64,000 nucleotides of DNA, taken from positions 7,186-71,185 of the forward strand of contig MHPJ01000015.1 of the NCBI GenBank assembly GCA_001822065.1, given 5' to 3'. Both the position numbers and the translations under genes were made by a program. The notes beneath the pieces were generated by a model. It searched no databases. It worked only from the letters and a program-made list of their open reading frames with translations, and was not told where the DNA came from. Numbering within the stretch: position 1 is the stretch's first letter; each line of letters begins with the position of its first letter. Of the stretch, positions 25,423-32,567 are shown piece after piece. The DNA comes from Candidatus Staskawiczbacteria bacterium RIFOXYB1_FULL_37_44 (GTDB taxonomy: Bacteria; Patescibacteriota; Minisyncoccia; Minisyncoccales; Staskawiczbacteraceae).

Positions 25423-26136
25423 ATGGTATTCAAAGCTATCAAAACTAATCGTAGCCTTAGAATTCCACCGAAGAAGTCAGAGGCATATTTGTCTGACCTT
25501 TTTTTTATTTTATATTTTATATATCTCAATAAAGACAAAACAAGGAGCAAGATAAATATACAAAAAGGAATAGTATATGTTTTAGAAAAACTTTTGGAGA
25601 AGGGTAAATTAGACGATATAAAAGTATTCAACCTCCCATTTTATCGCTGGACATTCGGCGATTATAACAAATATATTGCTACGGGTTATTTGCCAGAGCT
25701 TATGGGTGGAAATCTCATTGATGAAGGCGAACAACCTTACAACTATAAAACAACAGAAAAGGCGAATAAATTTCTTGAAAGATTTGAAAAGGAAAATAGC
25801 TCTAATGAGGACTTATTATTGATAAAAGATATTATAAATTCTTATCCCAATGAAAACGACTTTTGGAAACCATTCAGGTTCTCTCACGAGAGGAAGGTAA
25901 AAGTTGGTGAACAAGAAAAATCAGTGGATAGCTTGGAAAAAGATGAAAGTATAGCAATAGCATATAATTCTAACCCAGAAGACGAAGACGGCTCTAAGTC
26001 AAACATAATTTCTACGAGCTATCTTTTGGCCTTAAATTCGTTATTGGAAGAAACGAAAATTGGACAACCGAAGGAGTCAGATTTAATAACATCTGAAATA
26101 ATAAGCAAACTCTTTGAAAGTGCGGGAATAGAGTAA
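25423..26136 (+). CDS. Hypothetical protein (237 aa), weak resemblance to Panacea/SocA-type antitoxin domains
   Basis: IQKGIVYVLEKLL...FNLPFYRWTFGDYNKYI resembles the KLQKLLY...F.AW.YGPV pattern recalled from memory. Acidic C-terminus. Uncertain. Confidence 0.45.
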   Translation: MVFKAIKTNRSLRIPPKKSEAYLSDLFFILYFIYLNKDKTRSKINIQKGIVYVLEKLLEKGKLDDIKVFNLPFYRWTFGDYNKYIATGYLPELMGGNLIDEGEQPYNYKTTEKANKFLERFEKENSSNEDLLLIKDIINSYPNENDFWKPFRFSHERKVKVGEQEKSVDSLEKDESIAIAYNSNPEDEDGSKSNIISTSYLLALNSLLEETKIGQPKESDLITSEIISKLFESAGIE

Positions 26137-26145
26137 AATATAGAT

Positions 26146-26592
26146 ATGAAACTCTTTCCTGCAAGTAATCTTGTTCTACTACACACGAGCTTTGAAGTGA
26201 AGCTCGCTTATTTATTTTGTCATAACCCAGAAGCCAAGAAGAATATAACGACCATATTAAAGAGGTTAGAAGAATTTTCAAAAAATCTAAATTTAGCCGA
26301 TGGCACATTAGAGGGAGTAAAAAGGTTCAAGGAGGCGCAGGGGTTAGAAATTTCACGAACTTTCCCTAAGCCATATTTTGATAGTGGTTTCCATAAAGCA
26401 GACGACCTCTTTTTTTATCTAAAAGAGCAAGATGTTAATGGTTATTGGGTAGTTGGTATAGACTTGTTCTTTCCACATCTTTTATCTGAACAGTCTTTGG
26501 CCGAAGAATTAAGGAGTTGCTCTTTTATGGGAGGGTATCCATCATCTAATGATTTAAGGTTCTGCGAAATATACAATATAACTTACAATTAA
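26146..26592 (+). CDS. Hypothetical protein (148 aa)
   Basis: ORF 9 nt downstream of the previous gene (likely co-transcribed). No recognisable motif. Confidence 0.45.
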   Translation: MKLFPASNLVLLHTSFEVKLAYLFCHNPEAKKNITTILKRLEEFSKNLNLADGTLEGVKRFKEAQGLEISRTFPKPYFDSGFHKADDLFFYLKEQDVNGYWVVGIDLFFPHLLSEQSLAEELRSCSFMGGYPSSNDLRFCEIYNITYN

Positions 26593-26669
26593 ATTAAGAA
26601 ACTGGTATTTGGCCTTTATTAGATAGGTCTGGGATGTAAATATACTCTTTTTGTTGTTGTATTGTGGTT

Positions 26670-28214
26670 CTAATAGTGTTCACGAGGTTGCGCAATAATA
26701 AAACTTTTTTCTTTTTTCCCGACGAAATCGTGGGCGGCCGAAATGGCCGCCCAGTGTTTTTGTGAGGGGAAATCCGTTCCGCTCGGCGCGCTGCGGCGCA
26801 CCTCGCGATTTGCCAAAACGAGGTTCAATCCGAAAATTTCTTTAGTAGCAGCCTTTTTATTCAAAAGGCTGCTTTCGTTTGCGGTTTTTGCTATGGTTTG
26901 TGCATAATTTATCCAATTTTGCATAGGTTCAACCCAGCCGAATCGCTTTTGTTCAAGAGTGTTGATTTTTTCTTCCAGCGATTTCTTTTCGCTTACCAGC
27001 TCTGATTTTTTGGCAAGATAAATTTCTCGTTCAACAACTTGGTCAAGGTACGAATCCAGAAGTCGCTGAATTTTAACAGAAATGTTTTCGATTTTTTCTT
27101 GCGCCTCTTGAACAAAAGCGGTGAAAGATTGGGCGGTTTCTATTTTGTCTTTTTCAAGTTTTTTATTTAACTCTTCGGCCCAATCTTTTTTCAAAGAAAA
27201 TTTTTGAAGCAAAGAGGAAATTTGTTTGTCTAAAATTTCTTGCCGCACAGGCGGTTCAGCGCATTTTATTGTTTTTGATTTTCTTGAACATCGGTAATAA
27301 ACATAATGGTGGACATTTCCATTTTTTTGTTTTTTGATTCTTTTTTCCGCAGTTATCATCATTCCGCAGGTTCCGCACCTCAATAATCCGCAAAACGCTT
27401 GCGGTTGGTTTTTACTGCTTTTTCTTATTTTTCCTCTTTGCTTTAAAATTTCTTGAACTTTATCAAAAATTTTCTTTGAAACTATCGGCTGGTGTTTGCC
27501 TTCGTATATTTCTTTGGTATAGCGGAACAATCCAACATAGAACGGATTTTGAAGAATAAACGAAACCCTATCTTTGTGGATTCGCTTTCCGGTTTTTGAT
27601 AATATGCCGTTTTGCGCCAAAAAGTTGGCGATATCTTCCAATCTACTTTCGTTTTTAGCGTAAAGCTCAAATGCTTTGCGGATAATTATACTTCGTTTTT
27701 TGTGAACCATAATTGATTTTGTCCGCACATCATTTATGTAGCCAATCGGCGCAAGCCCTGGATATTCTCCGCGTTTGGCTTTTTGGCGTTGTCCTCGTTT
27801 CGTGTTTTCGGAAAGCGAATCAATGTAGTATTTGCTTTGTCCGAAAGCGATGTTTAGCATAAATTTTCCCTGTGGCGTTGGTTCAAACCAAAATGTTGAA
27901 AATTTTAACGCTTGCAAATGCCCGCAGTCTACAAGATAAATTATTTTTCCGCCGTCAACAGAATTGCGCGCCAGCCTGTCAGGATGCCATGCCAAAATTC
28001 CGTTAGCTTCGCCTTTTTCAATTCGTTTTATCATTTCGTTGAAAATTGGTCTGCCCGGAATTTTGGCAGATTGTTTTTCAATTAACTCATCAACAATTTC
28101 TAAATTTTCCTTTTCGGCAAAATCGCGCAATTCAGCGATTTGGTCTTCAATAGACCTGACTTGTCGTTCTTCCTCATCTGTGGACTTGCGGGCATATAAA
28201 AAGAATTTTTGCAT
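26670..28214 (-). CDS. Large serine recombinase no. 2
   Basis: Start set to MQKFFLYARKSTDEEERQVRSIEDQ (ATG at 28214). Resolvase catalytic domain, zinc ribbon CGTCG...YYRCSRK, coiled coil. The last ~45 codons lie in repeat copy A. Confidence 0.9.
   Translation of the reverse strand: MQKFFLYARKSTDEEERQVRSIEDQIAELRDFAEKENLEIVDELIEKQSAKIPGRPIFNEMIKRIEKGEANGILAWHPDRLARNSVDGGKIIYLVDCGHLQALKFSTFWFEPTPQGKFMLNIAFGQSKYYIDSLSENTKRGQRQKAKRGEYPGLAPIGYINDVRTKSIMVHKKRSIIIRKAFELYAKNESRLEDIANFLAQNGILSKTGKRIHKDRVSFILQNPFYVGLFRYTKEIYEGKHQPIVSKKIFDKVQEILKQRGKIRKSSKNQPQAFCGLLRCGTCGMMITAEKRIKKQKNGNVHHYVYYRCSRKSKTIKCAEPPVRQEILDKQISSLLQKFSLKKDWAEELNKKLEKDKIETAQSFTAFVQEAQEKIENISVKIQRLLDSYLDQVVEREIYLAKKSELVSEKKSLEEKINTLEQKRFGWVEPMQNWINYAQTIAKTANESSLLNKKAATKEIFGLNLVLANREVRRSAPSGTDFPSQKHWAAISAAHDFVGKKEKSFIIAQPREHY
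26698..26832. repeat. Recombinase-3'-end module, copy A (inside the recombinase no. 2 CDS)
   Basis: ~135 bp, GC-rich, with hairpin gggcggcc-gaaat-ggccgccc and a GC-rich arm pair that is imperfect in copy A (ggtgcgc/gcgcgcc). Direct orientation relative to 30652-30783; inverted relative to 28395-28530. Confidence 0.85.
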
Positions 28215-28394
28215 AAATTTGTTTTGTTTAATTTTAATCAACTTAAATGGCCGCCCCGGTGCACTCAATCCAAGTTGCCTTGAACTGTCCGAGACGGCCA
28301 TTGAAAAAGACAACTTGTTCGACTGAGTGCAATTTTATTATATCACAGCCAGAAGAAAAGCAAAAATTCTTTTTATCGGGCAAAGCAAATACTA

Positions 28395-28712
28395 AACCTC
28401 GTTTTGGCAAATCGCGAGGCGCGCCAAAGCGCGCCGAGCGGAACGGATTTCCCCTCACAAAAACACTGGGCGGCCATTTCAGCCGCCCACGATTTCGTCG
28501 GGAAAAAAGAAAAAAGTTTTATCGTTGCGTATCTTTACGACGAAGTTAGAACCTATTTTGTAGAAAACTCCTAAAATTTCCCGCCCCGCCAGCTGGCGGG
28601 GCGGGCAGAAACAAAATCGGAAAAATCGGCTCGGGTGCAAAAAATTCTTTTGGGGTGTGGGGCAAAAGGAAATTTTTTGCGTCCTCGCCGCCGCGAAATT
28701 TTTTTATAATTA
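28395..28712. repeat. Left inverted repeat (copy B): recombinase-3'-end module plus ~180-bp extension
   Basis: Reverse complement of 30461-30776. Its plus strand keeps an open frame ...NLVLANREARQSAPSGTDFPSQKHWAAISAAHDFVGKKEKSFIVAYLYDEVRTYFVENS*. Contains a 26-nt perfect palindrome at 28580-28605. Confidence 0.9.
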
Positions 28713-28791
28713 GATACAGCCCCTTGATTTTTTGTTAAAAAGGGGTCAAACTTAAATAATAGGTTATTTTCAATAGGCAGGCGAAAGAACA

Positions 28792-29019
28792 ATGGAAAAT
28801 AAAAAAGATTTAATAATTGGTATAATTGTTTTGGTAGTTATAGGAATTAGCGTTCTCTATACTATTTTTACAGAACCCATTTCTAATAAAATCCCTACGG
28901 CTGAAGAGGAAAAGGCCTTAGAGAAAAAAATTTTGGATAGATATGGAAGTTGGGAAAACGCAGAATACCAAGCACAACAAAATGAACAGGAATGTTTTAA
29001 TCCACCACTTTGTAGATAA
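28792..29019 (+). CDS. Small membrane-anchored protein (75 aa)
   Basis: One TM helix (LIIGIIVLVVIGISVLYTIF) and a short soluble tail. First ORF of the repeat-bracketed cassette. Confidence 0.5.
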   Translation: MENKKDLIIGIIVLVVIGISVLYTIFTEPISNKIPTAEEEKALEKKILDRYGSWENAEYQAQQNEQECFNPPLCR

Positions 29020-29028
29020 CAAAAATTT

Positions 29029-29916
29029 ATGAAACAGTTTATAAAAATTTATATTTCTATATTCATTGGATTTTTTTTACCAACTCTCTTATTTTATTTG
29101 TGGATGGTCATTTTTGGTGGACGAGAAGGAATTAGTGTGGGCAAACTTTTTTATATGATCTCTATTTTTTCTGTTATATGTTCTGTTGTAATTGGTTCGG
29201 CAATGCTCCTCTTAAATATTTTCAGAAAGAAATTTAAAATTTATAAATGGGAAAGTATAATAATTTGGATTATCGCTGTTTTGACCCCGATAGCGGTTAT
29301 TAGTATCTCTGGTCAAAAGGGCATGTCTTTATCTAAAAATTTAGTTGGACAGTTTTTAGATATTTTATTCGGTGTATTTCTTAACACTCTTGTGTTGGCG
29401 ACTATATTTATTTTGCTTAATTGGTTGCACAAAAAATTAAAAATTAAATTTCCTCAATTATTAAATTTTAATAACACTTCTGTGAAAATTTTTTTAAAAG
29501 AAAACTGGTTCAAATTAATAATTTGCATAGCGATAGCCTTAATTGGTTTTTCTATTTTTTATTATTTTGTAGTTTTAGGAACGCAAAAAAATCAATCTTC
29601 TATAGAAGCGAAAGAGGAGGAAATAAGATTAAAACAAGAAAAGCAGTCAGTAGAATTTAATCAACAAAAAGAGGAAGAAACTGCGAAAAACTTAAACGCA
29701 GAAAATTTAGTTGGTTGCTTAAACACCGCAGAAATCAATCGTAATACAGATGTTAAATATTGGATTGATTGGGGAGACCCATATTGTAAACAATACAGCG
29801 GGGACGCGGGGCTGTATGGCCATTGCTTAGATGAGTTGCAAAAGAATATTGACAAAGTTAAAGCACAGGAGTCGCAGGCCAAAAATGATTGCTATAAACG
29901 ATACCCCCAAAATTAA
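29029..29916 (+). CDS. Polytopic membrane protein with C-terminal Cys-containing soluble domain (295 aa)
   Basis: About 6 hydrophobic helices, then a charged coiled segment and a Cys-containing tail. No recognisable family. Confidence 0.6.
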   Translation: MKQFIKIYISIFIGFFLPTLLFYLWMVIFGGREGISVGKLFYMISIFSVICSVVIGSAMLLLNIFRKKFKIYKWESIIIWIIAVLTPIAVISISGQKGMSLSKNLVGQFLDILFGVFLNTLVLATIFILLNWLHKKLKIKFPQLLNFNNTSVKIFLKENWFKLIICIAIALIGFSIFYYFVVLGTQKNQSSIEAKEEEIRLKQEKQSVEFNQQKEEETAKNLNAENLVGCLNTAEINRNTDVKYWIDWGDPYCKQYSGDAGLYGHCLDELQKNIDKVKAQESQAKNDCYKRYPQN

Positions 29917-29968
29917 GTCTAAAATTCAGTTTGTGCGGGAGAGATATATCTATAATCTAAAAAGATAA

Positions 29969-30463
29969 ATGATTTTATACCCAAAAGATTTTATAAAAGA
30001 AGTTTTAATCAAGGAAATAGGAGATATTGCTAATAAGCACGCTTATTTATCCTTTACTTTAATTTGTTGTGGAATTGAGTTTCTCGGAAAATGTTTAGAT
30101 ACTCAAGTCGAAGATTTTAATGAATATAAACAAAATAGTGGAGAGCAGTTTAAATGTGCAATAATTAAACTATTTCCAAATAAATATCATGATCATTGCC
30201 AATTGTTATGGCAAGGACTACGCAATGGATTAGTGCACGCAAACACGCCAAAATCTCAGATAGGATTATTTAGTAAAAATGATGAAATTTATTATAAAAT
30301 TTTGTATGAACAACACCCCGTTTTTGATAAAAAAGAAGATAAACTAATAATTGGAGTAGAATATTTTTATGACGATTTTGTAGAGGCGTGTAAAAAAATT
30401 TTAGAAATGGAGTTTTCGGCAGACAAAATGAATAAGCCCTTATTGAACACTCCATCAAAATAA
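29969..30463 (+). CDS. Hypothetical protein with HEPN-like Rx4H motif (164 aa)
   Basis: LLWQGLRNGLVHAN (R85-H90, nt 30221-30238) fits the RNxxxH HEPN ribonuclease signature. The stop codon is the first triplet of the right inverted repeat. Confidence 0.5.
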   Translation: MILYPKDFIKEVLIKEIGDIANKHAYLSFTLICCGIEFLGKCLDTQVEDFNEYKQNSGEQFKCAIIKLFPNKYHDHCQLLWQGLRNGLVHANTPKSQIGLFSKNDEIYYKILYEQHPVFDKKEDKLIIGVEYFYDDFVEACKKILEMEFSADKMNKPLLNTPSK

Positions 30464-30783
30464 TTTAAAAAAATTTCGCGGCGGCGAGGACGCAAAAAAT
30501 TTCCTTTTGCCCCACACCCCAAAAGAATTTTTTGCACCCGAGCCGATTTTTCCGATTTTGTTTCTGCCCGCCCCGCCAGTTGGCGGGGCGGGAAATTTTA
30601 GGAGTTTTCTACAAAATAGGTTCTAACTTCGTCGTAAAGATACGCCATGATAAAATTTTTTTCTTTTTTCCCGACGAAATCGTGGGCGGCCGAAATGGCC
30701 GCCCAGTGTTTTGTAAGGGGAAATCGTTTCCGCTCGGCGCGCTTTGGCGCGCTTCGCGATTTGCCAAAACGAGGTTCAATCCG
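30461..30783. repeat. Right inverted repeat (copy C): extension plus a degenerate recombinase-3'-end module
   Basis: Its distal ~175 bp differs from copy B at a single position, the centre of the palindrome at 30567-30592. The recombinase-homologous part has roughly ten substitutions and a 1-nt deletion that breaks the frame. Confidence 0.9.
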
Positions 30784-30842
30784 CTTCCTTGAAAAGTGGT
30801 TTCTCGTTTGATTTGGGTGCCATTTTTTGATAAAGTAATCTA

Positions 30843-31439
30843 ATGGCTTTAAAACAAATTTTTGAATATGTATTTCCCCAAAAAAGATTTAACAGGGCGT
30901 TGATAATTTTGATTACATCAAATACTGCGATGGTTTTTGTTATAGGCTTGTTAACTCCTTTTTATGCGGTTTTTGTGCAGAAAATAGGAGGGAATATTGC
31001 TTCGGCCGGATTTTCATGGGCAGTTTTTTCAATTGTAGCGGGAGTTCTTACGCTCCTATTTGCTAAATGGCAACTCAAAGTAAAAGAACAAGAGCTATTG
31101 TTGGCTTTAGGATATTTAATCCGTGGATTAGTTTTTTTAAGCTATGCCTTTATGGGCAGTATTGCTCAATTAATATTTACACAAGTTCTTTGGGGTGTTG
31201 GAGCTGCCCTTGGAACGCCTGCTTTTGATGCCGTCTATAGTGCGCATACCAACAAGGAAGATTCAATAGTTCAATGGGGCCAATGGGAAGGTATCGCCGC
31301 TATAGCCACAGGATTAGCCGCTATCGTCGGCGGTATTTTAATTCAGGAGGTAGGATACCCGGTTGTCTTTATAGGAATGGCTGTTATATGCTTTTTGCTC
31401 GGAATATATATCTGGAAGCTTCCCCGGGAAGTTTTATAA
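30843..31439 (+). CDS. Six-TM membrane protein resembling the C-terminal half of an MFS transporter
   Basis: 198-aa ORF with about 6 predicted helices and an MFS-like loop pattern. Half the usual MFS length, so possibly a fragment. Confidence 0.55.
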   Translation: MALKQIFEYVFPQKRFNRALIILITSNTAMVFVIGLLTPFYAVFVQKIGGNIASAGFSWAVFSIVAGVLTLLFAKWQLKVKEQELLLALGYLIRGLVFLSYAFMGSIAQLIFTQVLWGVGAALGTPAFDAVYSAHTNKEDSIVQWGQWEGIAAIATGLAAIVGGILIQEVGYPVVFIGMAVICFLLGIYIWKLPREVL

Positions 31440-31469
31440 AAAATAATCTCTTAATTTATTCCAAAAACA

Positions 31470-32260
31470 ATGGATCAGTTTTGGTCAATTATTATCGGAG
31501 TATTAGTTTTAACCAGCATAATAGTGTTTGGTTTTATTTTTTTTCAGGTGCATGAGTAACAGGCATCCTTAGTTTCTGATTTAAAATACAGAACTCAGAT
31601 TCTTTCGGAGAGCTTTAAAGAATCAATAGAACCTATATATATTGCAAACTCCAAGACTTCTTTGCAGAAAATTTTAGACAAATTTGCTGACAAGCAGAGG
31701 TTAATGGATTAGCGGTATATGACAATAAGGGAAATGTTGTGGCATCTTCTGCCGGGCTTTCAGACAAAATAGTTAATAGCGCAACTCCAACCAAAGAAAT
31801 GGACGCAGACAATGCCTCTGGTAATTTTGTGGTAGCAGAAAACAACAAAGTTTATGAGTTTATAAATCCAATGCATCAGGACAATGCAGTTATCGGGGCC
31901 ATTATGGTCGTGCAAAATGCCGACTATATAGGATCAGATGTAAATAAAATTTGGACAACCAATCTTCTGCGTTTGTTTTTACAGGTGTTGGTTTTTGCTA
32001 CTGCGGCAGTTCTTGTGCTTAGATGGTTGATTCTTAGGCCTATTCTAAAAATGATTAAGTTTATAAAATCCATTCGTTCGGGAAATATAGAACAGGGATT
32101 TGACGGCTTAGAAAAACACTCTTTCTTTAGGCCATTAGCCGATGAAATCGCTAAAATATCAGACAGTTTATCAAGAGCCGGATCAGCGGCTTCAGAAGAG
32201 GCAAGGCTGAGGATGGAAAAATTAGATACTCCATGGACTGCGCATTTTGTATTGACATAG
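31470..32260 (+). pseudogene. Disrupted and 3'-truncated gene for a TM-sensor-TM-HAMP-type N-terminal region
   Basis: ATG at 31470, in-frame TAA at 31557-31559, frameshift near 31715-31722 (RLMD* versus RLMGLAVYDNKGNVV in the adjacent frame). HAMP-like LRWLILRPILKMIKFIKSIRSG. No output domain follows. Confidence 0.6.
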
Positions 32261-32305
32261 TTTTTTGTGTTATAATTAAAAAATAATTATTAAGAAATAA
32301 AAAAA

Positions 32306-32545
32306 ATGAATAATAAAGTTATTTTGATAGTTGTTTCTGCGATAGCGTTACTGCTTATTGCAGCCGCAAGTTGCTTTTATGTTGGATTTCTTGTCGGCGG
32401 TAGAAATGGTTTTATAGCCGGAAAAGAGCAGGGTTTTAAGGATGGGCAAAAAGCGACGCTGGAAATTAGAGACATGGCAAACCCATATGCCGAGTTAGAA
32501 GCCGTGGCAAATCCTTTTCAGCAAGAGTACGAAAACCCTTTTTAA
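32306..32545 (+). CDS. Small membrane-anchored protein (79 aa)
   Basis: Single N-terminal TM helix (VILIVVSAIALLLIAAASCFYVGFLVG). Confidence 0.5.
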   Translation: MNNKVILIVVSAIALLLIAAASCFYVGFLVGGRNGFIAGKEQGFKDGQKATLEIRDMANPYAELEAVANPFQQEYENPF

Positions 32546-32567
32546 TTAAAATTATTAATTTAAAAAT

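Larger units (their letters stand above)
16338..30783. mobile_element. Putative integrated mobile island next to tRNA-Asp (right boundary uncertain; could extend to ~32.3 kb)
   Basis: Starts with a recombinase overlapping a tRNA. Contains a Rep-like gene, small phage/plasmid-like ORFs, a type III RM system, a second recombinase and repeat-bracketed cargo, followed by degraded genes. No attR was identified by eye. Confidence 0.45.

Noticed and set aside
26815-26832. tRNA-like T-arm (gaggttcaatccg) in the recombinase-3'-end module as evidence for a tRNA remnant or attachment site
   Set aside because: No complementary T-stem, acceptor or anticodon arm can be drawn around it. The resemblance to GGTTCAAATCC is limited to about 9 nt.
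28243-28792. ORFs 28247-28549 (+), 28243-28458 (-) and 28571-28792 (-) in the left inverted repeat, and ORF 30532-30792 (+) in the right one
   Set aside because: They read through GC-rich repeat and hairpin sequence with arginine/proline-rich nonsense composition (for example RPRFRREKRKKF). They mirror each other only because the DNA is repeated. The only meaningful frame is the recombinase-tail homology noted in the findings.
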